A stretch of 64,000 nt of DNA from Faecousia sp. (GTDB taxonomy: Bacteria > Bacillota > Clostridia > Oscillospirales > Oscillospiraceae). The position numbers and the translations under genes were made by a program. A model generated the notes under the pieces. It did not search any database. It had not been told where the DNA came from and saw only the letters and a program-made list of their open reading frames with translations. The stretch lies in assembly GCA_045659205.1 (NCBI GenBank), contig JAZOWK010000010.1:30405-94404 (forward strand), in the 5' to 3' direction. Shown in pieces: positions 40,597 through 49,144 of the stretch; the stretch's first letter is position 1; the number at the start of each line of letters is the position of its first letter.

Positions 40597-40863
40597 GTGA
40601 CCGACTCTGTAGCGCTGCGAAAAGCAGTCAGTGACTCCGGCTTGAAGTATAACAAAATTGCCGGCAAAATGGGTATTACTCCCTATTCTCTGCAGAAAAA
40701 GATAGACAATGAGACGGAGTTTAAGGCAAGCGAAATTGTAAGGCTGTCGGAACTGCTTTGTTTGAGTGAAGCTGAAAGAAGCTCTATTTTTTTCGCAAAA
40801 GAAGTGATTTATAATCACGCACTGGATGGAGGTGAATATAATGGTAAGTCCTTATGCGTGTGA
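40597..40863 (+). CDS. Cro-like HTH protein
   Basis: AAGGAGG RBS plus GTG; IAGKMGIT...EFKASEI..L; divergent from the repressor. Confidence 0.82.
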   Translation: MTDSVALRKAVSDSGLKYNKIAGKMGITPYSLQKKIDNETEFKASEIVRLSELLCLSEAERSSIFFAKEVIYNHALDGGEYNGKSLCV

Positions 40864-40984
40864 GTACTACGGCAAGAACCTGGACGATATCCAGGATGAG
40901 GAATTCAAAAACTGCCCTGGGCCCGGATGCGGAACCTGTGAGCTGTGCGTAGATGAAAACGGAGGTGAAAACAATGGCAATTAA
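40841..40984 (+). CDS. Small Cys-rich phage protein (47 aa)
   Basis: GGAGGTG RBS; MVSPYACEYYGKNLDDIQDEEFKNCPGPGCGTCELCVD...; below ORF-track cutoff. Confidence 0.55.
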   Translation: MVSPYACEYYGKNLDDIQDEEFKNCPGPGCGTCELCVDENGGENNGN

Positions 40985-41186
40985 ACCGAAGGCAACGATT
41001 ACCCATGTGGAGATCCTTTGCAGAGCGATCCGCAATATTGAGGATGAGATTAAAGCACAGACTTCCACTATGGGAGGTATCCCTGAATGCAAAGCGTTTC
41101 TGATAGCCTATGTAGATGAGCGTATGGCTAAGTTAGCGGCCCTGAAGACTATGTATCGCATCGAGACCGGTACGGATTACGAGTGA
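40974..41186 (+). CDS. Hypothetical phage protein
   Basis: GGAGGTG RBS; early operon. Confidence 0.65.
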   Translation: MAIKPKATITHVEILCRAIRNIEDEIKAQTSTMGGIPECKAFLIAYVDERMAKLAALKTMYRIETGTDYE

Positions 41187-41204
41187 TGGAAAGGAGCTGA
41201 CAAA

Positions 41205-41501
41205 ATGTCCCGGCCAAGAGGATATGCCGTTGAGGATGCTAAAAAAGCATTCCGCAAGGAGCTGGAGCACTGTATGGTGGAAATCGGTATCAGCAGCAAG
41301 AAAGAGCTTGCTGTGCGAGCTGGCAAAGACCCGAGGACGATGTACCGAAGATTTGAAGATATTTCATTATTTGATATTGGTGACCTATCGATCCTTAAAA
41401 ACATCCTGTGTCCCAATCCCCTTGTTCTACTTAAAGCAATCGGATATTCAGAAAAGGAAATTCAACGTGCCGTTGATTTGGTACAAAAAAGTTGGAGGTA
41501 A
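41205..41501 (+). CDS. Putative HTH DNA-binding protein
   Basis: SKKELAVRAGKDPRTMYRR. Confidence 0.6.
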   Translation: MSRPRGYAVEDAKKAFRKELEHCMVEIGISSKKELAVRAGKDPRTMYRRFEDISLFDIGDLSILKNILCPNPLVLLKAIGYSEKEIQRAVDLVQKSWR

Positions 41502-41503
41502 AT

Positions 41504-41728
41504 ATGGACAAATATGAAAAGCAAATGATCGACATTGTTAACCGGCACCATGCGCTGGTTACCGGATCGCCTCGTGACCAACGACGGATCGCCCGGGAGA
41601 TGCGGGCCAAGGCCAGGGCGGAGAGGCGGCGCAGCCTTCTGACCGCAGTTGGTGATTTTATGATGGCGGTACTTATTACTGCCTGTTTCGTTACGGCTCT
41701 TCTGTGTTTTCTGACTCACTTATGTTGA
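41504..41728 (+). CDS. Hypothetical protein with C-terminal TM
   Basis: GGAGGT RBS; hydrophobic C-terminus. Confidence 0.6.
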   Translation: MDKYEKQMIDIVNRHHALVTGSPRDQRRIAREMRAKARAERRRSLLTAVGDFMMAVLITACFVTALLCFLTHLC

Positions 41729-41744
41729 TAGTGGGAGGTAAATT

Positions 41745-41885
41745 ATGCAATACAGAACATGCCCGTTATGCGGAGCGCACCTAGATCCCGGCGAGCGCTG
41801 CGACTGTCAAGAAAAAGAAAAGGGCGACGATGCCCCAAGCACCGTCGCCCACAATCCCCCAAAGGAGATCAATAATGACACCTGA
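41745..41885 (+). CDS. Small zinc-ribbon phage protein (46 aa)
   Basis: GGAGGT RBS; MQYRTCPLCGAHLDPGERCDC. Confidence 0.65.
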   Translation: MQYRTCPLCGAHLDPGERCDCQEKEKGDDAPSTVAHNPPKEINNDT

Positions 41886-42678
41886 ATTATATCACGATGA
41901 CGCGGAATTGTCAAGCGGCCGGCCGGGTTATTATTCAATTATCCCGGCAACGGTGCGCTATGACGATCATATCCCGGCAAATGCAAAGCTGCTATATGGC
42001 GAGATATCGGCTCTGCTGGATGCAGACGGTGTGTGTTTTGCCTCGAACCAGTACTTTGCTACTCTTTACGGCGTAACCATCAAGAGCGTTTCACGACTGA
42101 TCAGCATTCTTGAGGCTGCTGGGTACATCGCAACAGAGGTCGAAAAGGACGAAAAAGGAAAAGTAGCACGGCGAAAAATTGCCCTGCAAATGTTTTCCAC
42201 GTGTGGACATCCAGTAGACAATATTGTCTATACCCCTCCACAAAATTGTCCAGTAGACCAATATATATTAAAAGAAATAAATAAAGAAAAGCCGCAAGCC
42301 GGCAAAAACGGCACCGGGCGTTCACCGAAGGCGGACTTTGACCCGAAGCCACTGTTTGTGGAATGGATCACCAACGAGATCCCACACCTTGCCGGCGAGC
42401 AGTCGCCGCATCAGAAGAATGCGCTCTATCTTGCGCTGTGCCAATTCACCGATAACAGGGTGGCTATAAAAAAGCCGATTCCCTCCAAGGCTGCTGTTAC
42501 AGCGATCCTTAATCGGCTGGTGAAATTTACATCCGGTGCATCTGACCGGGTGGAGGCTATGGTTGATCTGCTTGAGACGGCCACGTCCTCTAACTGGCAG
42601 ACCGTATATGCACCGAAGGCCCATCAGGGCACCAAGGCGCCAAAGCCTCAGGCAGAAAGGGTGTACGAAGATCTATGA
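41875..42678 (+). CDS. Phage replication initiator (N-terminal winged HTH)
   Basis: YYSIIPATVRYD..AKLLYGEI..CFASNQYFA; directly upstream of the helicase. Confidence 0.8.
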   Translation: MTPELYHDDAELSSGRPGYYSIIPATVRYDDHIPANAKLLYGEISALLDADGVCFASNQYFATLYGVTIKSVSRLISILEAAGYIATEVEKDEKGKVARRKIALQMFSTCGHPVDNIVYTPPQNCPVDQYILKEINKEKPQAGKNGTGRSPKADFDPKPLFVEWITNEIPHLAGEQSPHQKNALYLALCQFTDNRVAIKKPIPSKAAVTAILNRLVKFTSGASDRVEAMVDLLETATSSNWQTVYAPKAHQGTKAPKPQAERVYEDL

Positions 42679-44051
42679 CACAGGAAAACTGGCTGCAAGC
42701 GCAGTATAGCGTTTTGGGCTCGGCTTTGATAGAGCCGACCGTAGTGCCTAAGGTGATCCAACAGACCCGGATAGCAGACTTCTCCGGTCAGTGTCAGACA
42801 GTATATGCCGCAATGCGCAAGCTGTTTCAGGACGGCACGCCGGTGGATGTGGTATCCCTTGCTGCTGCTCTGGGCGACGATTACCGCAAGTTCCTTATGG
42901 AGCTTATGCAGGTGACGCCTACGGCGGCAAATCTCGATCACTACATCAAGCTGTGTCGCGAACAGGCTATGCTGCTGTCCGTTAAGGATCTTGCGCGGCA
43001 GGTCGCCGCAGCTGACAGTGCAGAGCGCATTCGTGGGCTGCTTGATCAGGCTAACAGCATGATGGTAGACAAGCCATCCCTGCGAATCACTACCATGGGC
43101 GATGCTTTGCAGTCCTTTATGGAGCGGCATTCCGGTGAGGTCAAGTACTTAACCTGGCCGGTACGGGAGCTGAACGACCGACTCTATGCTGAAGCGGGCG
43201 ACTTCATCCTGATCGGTGGCCGGCCTTCAACTGGCAAGACTGCTTGGACGCTACAGTGCGCAGAACACTGGGCACACTCAATGCGTGTTGGCTTTTTCAG
43301 CTTAGAGACAAGCCCAGAAAAGCTCTTCGATCGTCAGATGGCATCGAAAGCTGGATTGGATATGGGCGATATTAAGAGAAACAGTATCTCAGAGTCGCAA
43401 TGGGAGCGGATCATGAAGATGCATCCGGAAATCGTAAAGCTACCTCTGGAGATCATCCCCGCAGCTGGTATGACTCCGGCTGATATTCGCTCTGTAACGA
43501 TGATGCGTCGGTACCATCTGATCATTATCGACTATGTTCAGCTGATCCAGTCCGGTGGTAACAACCGCACGGAGCAGGTAACGAACATTTCCCTTGCGCT
43601 GCACCGTATGGCGCAGGATATGCAGGTGACTGTTGTAGCACTGTCTCAGCTGAAAAGAAAAACAGATGATTCCGCACCGGATAGCTCTGATCTACGAGAG
43701 TCCGGCCAGCTTGAGCAGGATGCGGACATCATTATGCAGTTACAGCTGGAGAAGAAAGACCAGCCCGAAGGTAACCGCTTTTTGTACATCACCAAAAATA
43801 AAGAGGGCACCACGCCCCGGATATTGCTTGCCTTTGACGGTAAGCATCAACGATTTAGCAAGGCCGCAAACACGGGTAGTGTTGTCAGTTCTTTCGTAGC
43901 TGACGGAAAACGTGCCCGTCGGAAGATCGCTTCAGATGCATCTGATGCCGCTAAATCTGCTGAGGCGGCCCAAATGACTATGCTGCCGGATAAAACGGCA
44001 GTCCCGTGGGAGGGGCAAGATGAACGCACTGCTGAATTACCCCGGTGCTAA
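42675..44051 (+). CDS. DnaB-like replicative helicase
   Basis: GRPSTGKT, FFSLE, IIDYVQLI, ALSQL, DLRESGQLEQDAD. Confidence 0.93.
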   Translation: MTQENWLQAQYSVLGSALIEPTVVPKVIQQTRIADFSGQCQTVYAAMRKLFQDGTPVDVVSLAAALGDDYRKFLMELMQVTPTAANLDHYIKLCREQAMLLSVKDLARQVAAADSAERIRGLLDQANSMMVDKPSLRITTMGDALQSFMERHSGEVKYLTWPVRELNDRLYAEAGDFILIGGRPSTGKTAWTLQCAEHWAHSMRVGFFSLETSPEKLFDRQMASKAGLDMGDIKRNSISESQWERIMKMHPEIVKLPLEIIPAAGMTPADIRSVTMMRRYHLIIIDYVQLIQSGGNNRTEQVTNISLALHRMAQDMQVTVVALSQLKRKTDDSAPDSSDLRESGQLEQDADIIMQLQLEKKDQPEGNRFLYITKNKEGTTPRILLAFDGKHQRFSKAANTGSVVSSFVADGKRARRKIASDASDAAKSAEAAQMTMLPDKTAVPWEGQDERTAELPRC

Positions 44052-44835
44052 ATGGGGCATGGCGGAAGAGCTCGTTGCTTTGATGCCGCCCCACCGGTCA
44101 TACCTGGAGCCGTTCTTTGGCAGCGGTGCGGTGCTGTTCAACAAACCGCCTTCAGCAATCGAGACGGTGAATGATATTGACGGCGATATCGTTAATTTCT
44201 TCACTGTCCTCCGGGAGCAACCGGAAGAATTGGCGCGGCTCATAGAATTGACACCCTATGCCAGGGATGTATTTGACGATGCGCACCATAACCGGGGCAC
44301 GGAACCACTGGACAGAGCATGCCGCTTCGCTATTCGGTCCAAGATGGGACACGGTTTTAAGACATACGAAAAAACGGGGTTCAAAATCGACCGTTATGCG
44401 AGAGAAAGATCGTACTGTGTAAGTTGCTGGAATGCTCTACCAGGTAGCTTGCAAAAAGCGGCAGGCCGATTGAAAGAGGTGCAAATAGAAAACCGGCCGG
44501 CTCTGGATATCATCCGGCGGTTTAACTTCGATAATGTCCTGATCTACGCAGACCCTCCGTATTTGCTGGATACCCGGGGTGGAAAGCAGTACCGGCACGA
44601 AATGACCGAGCAGGATCACATAGATCTGTTGGCAGCCCTCCTGCAGCACAAGGGCCCAGTTATTCTCTCCGGTTATCCCAGTGAACTGTACGACCGGGAA
44701 TTGAAAGGCTGGAGCAGGATCACCCGGAAGGCCTACAACCAAAACGCAGACCAGCGGACAGAGGTTCTGTGGTGCAATTTCGAGGTTGGGCAGATTAGTT
44801 TATTCGATGGAGGCGACAAAGGTGGGCAAAGGTAG
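44020..44835 (+). CDS. DNA adenine methyltransferase (Dam/D12 class), orphan
   Basis: YPGAK, YLEPFFGSGAV, ETVND, DPPY. Confidence 0.9.
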   Translation: MNALLNYPGAKWGMAEELVALMPPHRSYLEPFFGSGAVLFNKPPSAIETVNDIDGDIVNFFTVLREQPEELARLIELTPYARDVFDDAHHNRGTEPLDRACRFAIRSKMGHGFKTYEKTGFKIDRYARERSYCVSCWNALPGSLQKAAGRLKEVQIENRPALDIIRRFNFDNVLIYADPPYLLDTRGGKQYRHEMTEQDHIDLLAALLQHKGPVILSGYPSELYDRELKGWSRITRKAYNQNADQRTEVLWCNFEVGQISLFDGGDKGGQR

Positions 44836-45028
44836 AAACCTGCATATTCCCTGTGAAAAGTGCAAATCCGAACTAAACACTTGGGACGTCCGGTGTTGCA
44901 AAGCACTTGGCTACCGCAATGTCTTGGTGTGTGAGAATTGCATTTGCAAAGAATACGATGTGGACAAAGACCAACTGCGTGCTGTTATGAACGAACGCTT
45001 CGGCTTGGTACCGTGTCAGGGATTATGA
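44822..45028 (+). CDS. Small zinc-finger protein
   Basis: CEKC...CENC; GGAGG RBS plus GTG. Confidence 0.6.
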   Translation: MGKGRNLHIPCEKCKSELNTWDVRCCKALGYRNVLVCENCICKEYDVDKDQLRAVMNERFGLVPCQGL

Positions 45029-45029
45029 T

Positions 45030-46172
45030 ATGAAAATCAATAAACTATCGCAGCGGTTACTGGATGAGGGGTACACCGAGGATCAGACACCACCAGGCTG
45101 TAACCCGTGGAACCGATTTTATGGCGGATGGACATATAACTACCGGGATCGGTTGAACACCGTATTTGAGACACCCTGCGGACTCCTGGTGAAAAGAACA
45201 GAAATAGGGCACAGCGGTGCAATGGGGTATATGGGGATCGATTGGACAGAAGAAAACGACAATGTTACGATCCTCTGCCCGCACTATAGTCGCAACGGCA
45301 CTTGCGAACTCAACCACCCGTTGCTGGAAGATCCACAGGCAACGGCCGGGTGCCATTATGAAAACCTGCATTTTTGTGCGGTGCACGAAACGGATAAGCC
45401 TTACTCATACGATACCAGTGTGCAGCGGATCCGGGATCTGGCAGACCAGGAGCAGGAGCAATTATGGCAAGAGTTTTCCAAACAGAAAAAAGGCCGGGTG
45501 TGCAAACACCATTGCTCGTACAACCGATCTACAAAGAAGTGGAGTGCAGGATATTACCCGGAAAGGTGTACGGACTACGGATGCCATTATTGCGTGATTT
45601 TGCAAACCGAGATTGACAGATCAAAAAAAGGAAATGTGTTCTACGATGAAAAGGTTACCAGGAAAATTGCAGGCGAAGGGATGTTTCAAGAGTACGATCA
45701 AGTGACTGTCACAAAAGGAAAGCGATTGTTAACCAGAACGGTTCCGTTGCAGATTTGTGAAGCAATAGCCAAGTATTCAGTCCACGACATCAGACACCGG
45801 CTTTTACTCAATTGGCACAGTGAGTTGTATTTCAACCCGGGTTTGAAAGTTGAATTTATCAATTTCCGGGCTGAAAAAAAGCTTGGCAGGGATCTCTTGC
45901 AAGATCTGGACGATGTTGCAAATGGTATAACCGTTGTTCATGAAGCGGATCAAGTAAAGCAGAAAGCCGAAGATAAACGGCAGCGCCGGAAGGCAGCGGC
46001 AGATCGGAAGATTGCTGCAGCTGAGAAAAAGATCGTGCAGAATGGACTTGGTGCTTTCACAGGGTATCAGCGAGAACGCATGGAGCGCCTGTTAGGTGTT
46101 GATAGGTGCTATGAACTTAATGAAAAATATCTTGAAAAGAAGACAGAACAGCAAATCTCGCTGTTCGATTAG
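45030..46172 (+). CDS. Cys/His-rich hypothetical phage protein
   Basis: 380-aa ORF; C-terminal QISLFD. Confidence 0.75.
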   Translation: MKINKLSQRLLDEGYTEDQTPPGCNPWNRFYGGWTYNYRDRLNTVFETPCGLLVKRTEIGHSGAMGYMGIDWTEENDNVTILCPHYSRNGTCELNHPLLEDPQATAGCHYENLHFCAVHETDKPYSYDTSVQRIRDLADQEQEQLWQEFSKQKKGRVCKHHCSYNRSTKKWSAGYYPERCTDYGCHYCVILQTEIDRSKKGNVFYDEKVTRKIAGEGMFQEYDQVTVTKGKRLLTRTVPLQICEAIAKYSVHDIRHRLLLNWHSELYFNPGLKVEFINFRAEKKLGRDLLQDLDDVANGITVVHEADQVKQKAEDKRQRRKAAADRKIAAAEKKIVQNGLGAFTGYQRERMERLLGVDRCYELNEKYLEKKTEQQISLFD

Positions 46173-46180
46173 GAGGATAT

Positions 46181-46456
46181 ATGGAGCGTAATTGTAAGAA
46201 TTGTCCTGCCTTCTTCGAAGCGAACGAAGAAGGATTGATTCCCACCGGTGCAGGTTGGGACAATAAAAAGATTGACGGAAAGGATGTAATCTGTTGCCGC
46301 CCTGGCAAGACCATCCAAAAGAAAAAGCCTATGCAGCAATTCTGCTTTTACTGCCTGGCTACTGTCAAGGCTAAGAAAATTGGTCACAAAGCAAGCTGGA
46401 CTGGCCGTACACCTACCTGGTGTCCTTTAGGTAGGGAGGTGCTTGAAAATGCTTGA
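46181..46456 (+). CDS. Cys-rich hypothetical protein
   Basis: AGGAGG RBS; CKNC...PTWCPL. Confidence 0.65.
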   Translation: MERNCKNCPAFFEANEEGLIPTGAGWDNKKIDGKDVICCRPGKTIQKKKPMQQFCFYCLATVKAKKIGHKASWTGRTPTWCPLGREVLENA

Positions 46457-46844
46457 ACGCTGGATCCCGATAACGGACCGTCTCCCCGAATCCGGGCAGA
46501 GAGTAATCGTTTGCCGGAAGGATGGCCGTGTAGAACAAGGTGTTTATCTCGGTGTGAACGGTTGGTGGAAGGTATATGGAACCAACACCAAATCTATCAC
46601 GCATTGGATGCCCCTTCCTGAGCCGCCTAGCAAAGAACTATCTCGGAGCGACCTGATTCGCCGGATGGACGACCAGGAATTAGCTCAGTATTTATACAGT
46701 CTGACAAACCGTGATTTTGAATTGCAGTTCTGTCAGAATAAGCCGGAATGCCAGAAATTGGTTGATTCCGACGGGGGCGTTCCGGAAGAAAACTGTGTTT
46801 TATGCTTAATCGAATACCTGAAAGGAGTTCCAGAGAATGAGTGA
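46449..46844 (+). CDS. DUF551-like domain protein (N-terminal module)
   Basis: WIPITDRLPE...ITHWMPLPEPP. Confidence 0.78.
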   Translation: MLERWIPITDRLPESGQRVIVCRKDGRVEQGVYLGVNGWWKVYGTNTKSITHWMPLPEPPSKELSRSDLIRRMDDQELAQYLYSLTNRDFELQFCQNKPECQKLVDSDGGVPEENCVLCLIEYLKGVPENE

Positions 46845-47181
46845 AAGAAATCTTGTAGCGGTGAGCATTAAGCACACTGAATATCGATGGAAATTTGGCA
46901 AGCCCTGTATTCTGTGGGGCCATAGAACCAAAGACGATGAAAAGCGGTCATTCGGTGGATATACCCAGTTTCCCAACAACGCAGAAGTGTATTCTCTGGA
47001 AGAATGGCAGAATAGCGGATACAAAAATTGCGAGTGGATGAAGATTGACGAACCGGTACATATGTGTGTCAATTTCTGTAAGAAGTACAAGCAGTACGAT
47101 ACCGTCCTTGTTCCCCTCGATGAATACATTGGCTACTGCAAATGCGCCTGCCTGCCGCTGGACAGACCGGAGGAGTGGTGA
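46837..47181 (+). CDS. Hypothetical phage protein
   Basis: AAAGGAG RBS; overlapping operon packing. Confidence 0.65.
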   Translation: MSERNLVAVSIKHTEYRWKFGKPCILWGHRTKDDEKRSFGGYTQFPNNAEVYSLEEWQNSGYKNCEWMKIDEPVHMCVNFCKKYKQYDTVLVPLDEYIGYCKCACLPLDRPEEW

Positions 47182-47183
47182 AG

Positions 47184-47444
47184 ATGGCAAATGAAAAGTT
47201 AATCTATGCGTCTGCCGCAAGGAAAGCAATATTGAAAGCAGACCCCAAGCTGGCACACTGCATTGATTCCGTTCCGGGCGTGGATGCCGTGGAAGTGGTA
47301 CACGGAAGGTGGATTGAACACAGACCTAATGTGTATGAATGTACAGCTTGCAACACTTGGTACGGCAACTATGGTGGATGCGAAGAATGGGCGTACTGCC
47401 CCAACTGCGGTGCAAAGATGGATGGTGATGGGAATGTCGTGTGA
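47184..47444 (+). CDS. Zinc-ribbon phage protein
   Basis: DAVEVVHGRW...ECTAC...YCPNCGAKMDG. Confidence 0.75.
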   Translation: MANEKLIYASAARKAILKADPKLAHCIDSVPGVDAVEVVHGRWIEHRPNVYECTACNTWYGNYGGCEEWAYCPNCGAKMDGDGNVV

Positions 47445-47652
47445 TGCTTCGTATTTTGAGCCGCTACCTTGCCCTAAATGCAACAAACAACCTTTGTATG
47501 TGGTATGGGAGCATAGATATAGCGACAGAAAAATCCACCGTTTTTCTTGTTGCGGAATCCGTGCTGGGAAATATACAAAGCAAGATGCCCTTGCAAAGTG
47601 GAATCTTTTAGCCTTGAAATACGCTTTAGGAGAAAGGAGAGAGGGAGAATGA
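47434..47652 (+). CDS. Lar (restriction alleviation)-like small protein
   Basis: PLPCPKC...CCG...A(LA)KWN pattern. Confidence 0.5.
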   Translation: MSCDASYFEPLPCPKCNKQPLYVVWEHRYSDRKIHRFSCCGIRAGKYTKQDALAKWNLLALKYALGERREGE

Positions 47653-47831
47653 CGGTATCCGAATGGAGAAGCAAACACAGGCGGTGTGAGTTTTGCAAGT
47701 ATTTAAGAAGAATAGCAGCACCACCTATGTGCTTTGATGCTGATATTTATGAGTGTAAGGCAAAATTAAAAAGTGTACATCCCTTGTTACCAAGGCCGTT
47801 TTGCAAAGTGTTTCAGTTAAAGGAGGACTGA
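47649..47831 (+). CDS. Small Cys-rich hypothetical protein
   Basis: RCEFCKY...C...CKVF; ATGA overlap. Confidence 0.6.
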   Translation: MTVSEWRSKHRRCEFCKYLRRIAAPPMCFDADIYECKAKLKSVHPLLPRPFCKVFQLKED

Positions 47832-47833
47832 CA

Positions 47834-48226
47834 ATGCCTAACACAAGAGAAGAGCTGATTGAGTTGATCCGTGATGGTCGATACAAAGCAGAAAGCATCT
47901 GCAATGCTAACAAGGATTGCCAAAGATGCACTATTGCTGACCCTAATGGAAACTGCAAATATGGGTGCATTGCCGACCACCTTATTGCCAACGGCGTAAC
48001 GGTGCAGCAGTGGATTCCTGTTACGGAGAGGTTGCCGGAGAAGAATGGAGAATATCTTTGCCGATGGATAAACAAAAGTGTTGGTGATGCAGAATACGAA
48101 AGCACTTATGGAAGTTTTGGATATTGGTTCGATTTTTGGGAAGATGAATATAAAGACTGGATTGCTTATGATGGTATCACCCACTGGATGCCCCTGCCTG
48201 AGCCGCCTAAGGAGGCCGACCAATGA
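47834..48226 (+). CDS. DUF551-like domain protein (C-terminal module)
   Basis: IADHLIANGVTV, WIPVTERLPE...ITHWMPLPEPP. Confidence 0.78.
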   Translation: MPNTREELIELIRDGRYKAESICNANKDCQRCTIADPNGNCKYGCIADHLIANGVTVQQWIPVTERLPEKNGEYLCRWINKSVGDAEYESTYGSFGYWFDFWEDEYKDWIAYDGITHWMPLPEPPKEADQ

Positions 48227-48345
48227 AGCAGATAATCACAAAAGACGGTGTAGCCGTATGTGTCACAACTATTCCTTATCCGGCAAATACTATCAAAGAA
48301 ATGAAGAAGGCCGGGTACAAAGTGAAGGATGTCAGCGATGAATAG
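48223..48345 (+). CDS. Small hypothetical protein (40 aa)
   Basis: AAGGAGG RBS, ATGA overlap; MKQIITKDGVAV...EMKKAGYKV. Confidence 0.55.
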   Translation: MKQIITKDGVAVCVTTIPYPANTIKEMKKAGYKVKDVSDE

Positions 48346-48517
48346 CGGCTTGCTTATTAACCGGCGGGATGACTCTCCTTGCCGCAAGTGCAAGGAGGGC
48401 CATCTGCCTGAATGCCGGAGTGCCTGTCAGCGGCTTAAAGACTGGCAGGCTGAGGGCGAAAAGATCCGGGCCGCCCGTAGGAAATATTGTAGCGGACTTA
48501 TGCTCCGCAGGAGGTAA
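48338..48517 (+). CDS. Small Cys-rich hypothetical protein
   Basis: SPCRKC...CRSAC. Confidence 0.55.
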   Translation: MNSGLLINRRDDSPCRKCKEGHLPECRSACQRLKDWQAEGEKIRAARRKYCSGLMLRRR

Positions 48518-48522
48518 ATAAA

Positions 48523-49131
48523 ATGAATAACTACATTTGCATCAACAACCAAAAGATCGAACTGACCCAGGAGCAGGTGAAGCAGATCGTTGCAGCTTAC
48601 GGACAAAAGCATATTCAGCTATCAGACGTGGCTGTGGGTGATACCGTCAAGATCGGCAACCATGAGATGGTTGTTCTTGAGCAGTCCGGAGACACTACGG
48701 CGTTGATCCGCAAGGAGCTTCTTTCGGTCCGACAGTTTGGCACGAACAATAACTATGACGGCTCTTATGTGGATGACGCCTGCAATGAGTTTGCCAAGGA
48801 GATCAGTTCCGCTGTGGGTGAAGAAAACCTGATCCTGCATGCGGTAGATTTGACCACCGATGATGGTTTGAAGGACTATGGTCAGGTCCAACGTGCAGCA
48901 TCGTTGCTTACTGCGGATCAGTACCGACGGTATGTAGAGGTCCTGGATGAGCACAAGCCTGACGCATGGTGGTGGCTGGCAACAGCATATAGCACCGAAA
49001 GGCACGGCAATGCTCTGTGGGTCAAGTGCGTTTCGCCGTCTGGCCTCATCAGCTATGACATCTACTGCAGCCTCGATAGCGGCGTTCGTCCGTTTTGCAT
49101 CTTAAAATCTAATATCTTTGTATCTAAGTGA
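48523..49131 (+). CDS. DGR target protein 1 (DUF6273-like, predicted C-type lectin-like fold)
   Basis: LTTDDG, WWWLAT, C-terminal VR1 ending GVRP; GGAGGT RBS. Confidence 0.88.
   Translation: MNNYICINNQKIELTQEQVKQIVAAYGQKHIQLSDVAVGDTVKIGNHEMVVLEQSGDTTALIRKELLSVRQFGTNNNYDGSYVDDACNEFAKEISSAVGEENLILHAVDLTTDDGLKDYGQVQRAASLLTADQYRRYVEVLDEHKPDAWWWLATAYSTERHGNALWVKCVSPSGLISYDIYCSLDSGVRPFCILKSNIFVSK
49030..49093 (+). repeat. DGR variable repeat VR1
   Basis: 64-nt match to TR with 11 mismatches, all at TR adenines. Confidence 0.95.
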
Positions 49132-49144
49132 AAGGAGAAACGCT

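Noticed and set aside
44020-44835. Dam as part of a restriction-modification system
   Set aside because: No recognisable cognate endonuclease. Orphan methylases are common in phage early regions.
46596-48210. Repeat between the two DUF551-like genes as another TR/VR pair
   Set aside because: Differences are synonymous third-position changes, not adenine-specific, and there is no similarity to the TR.
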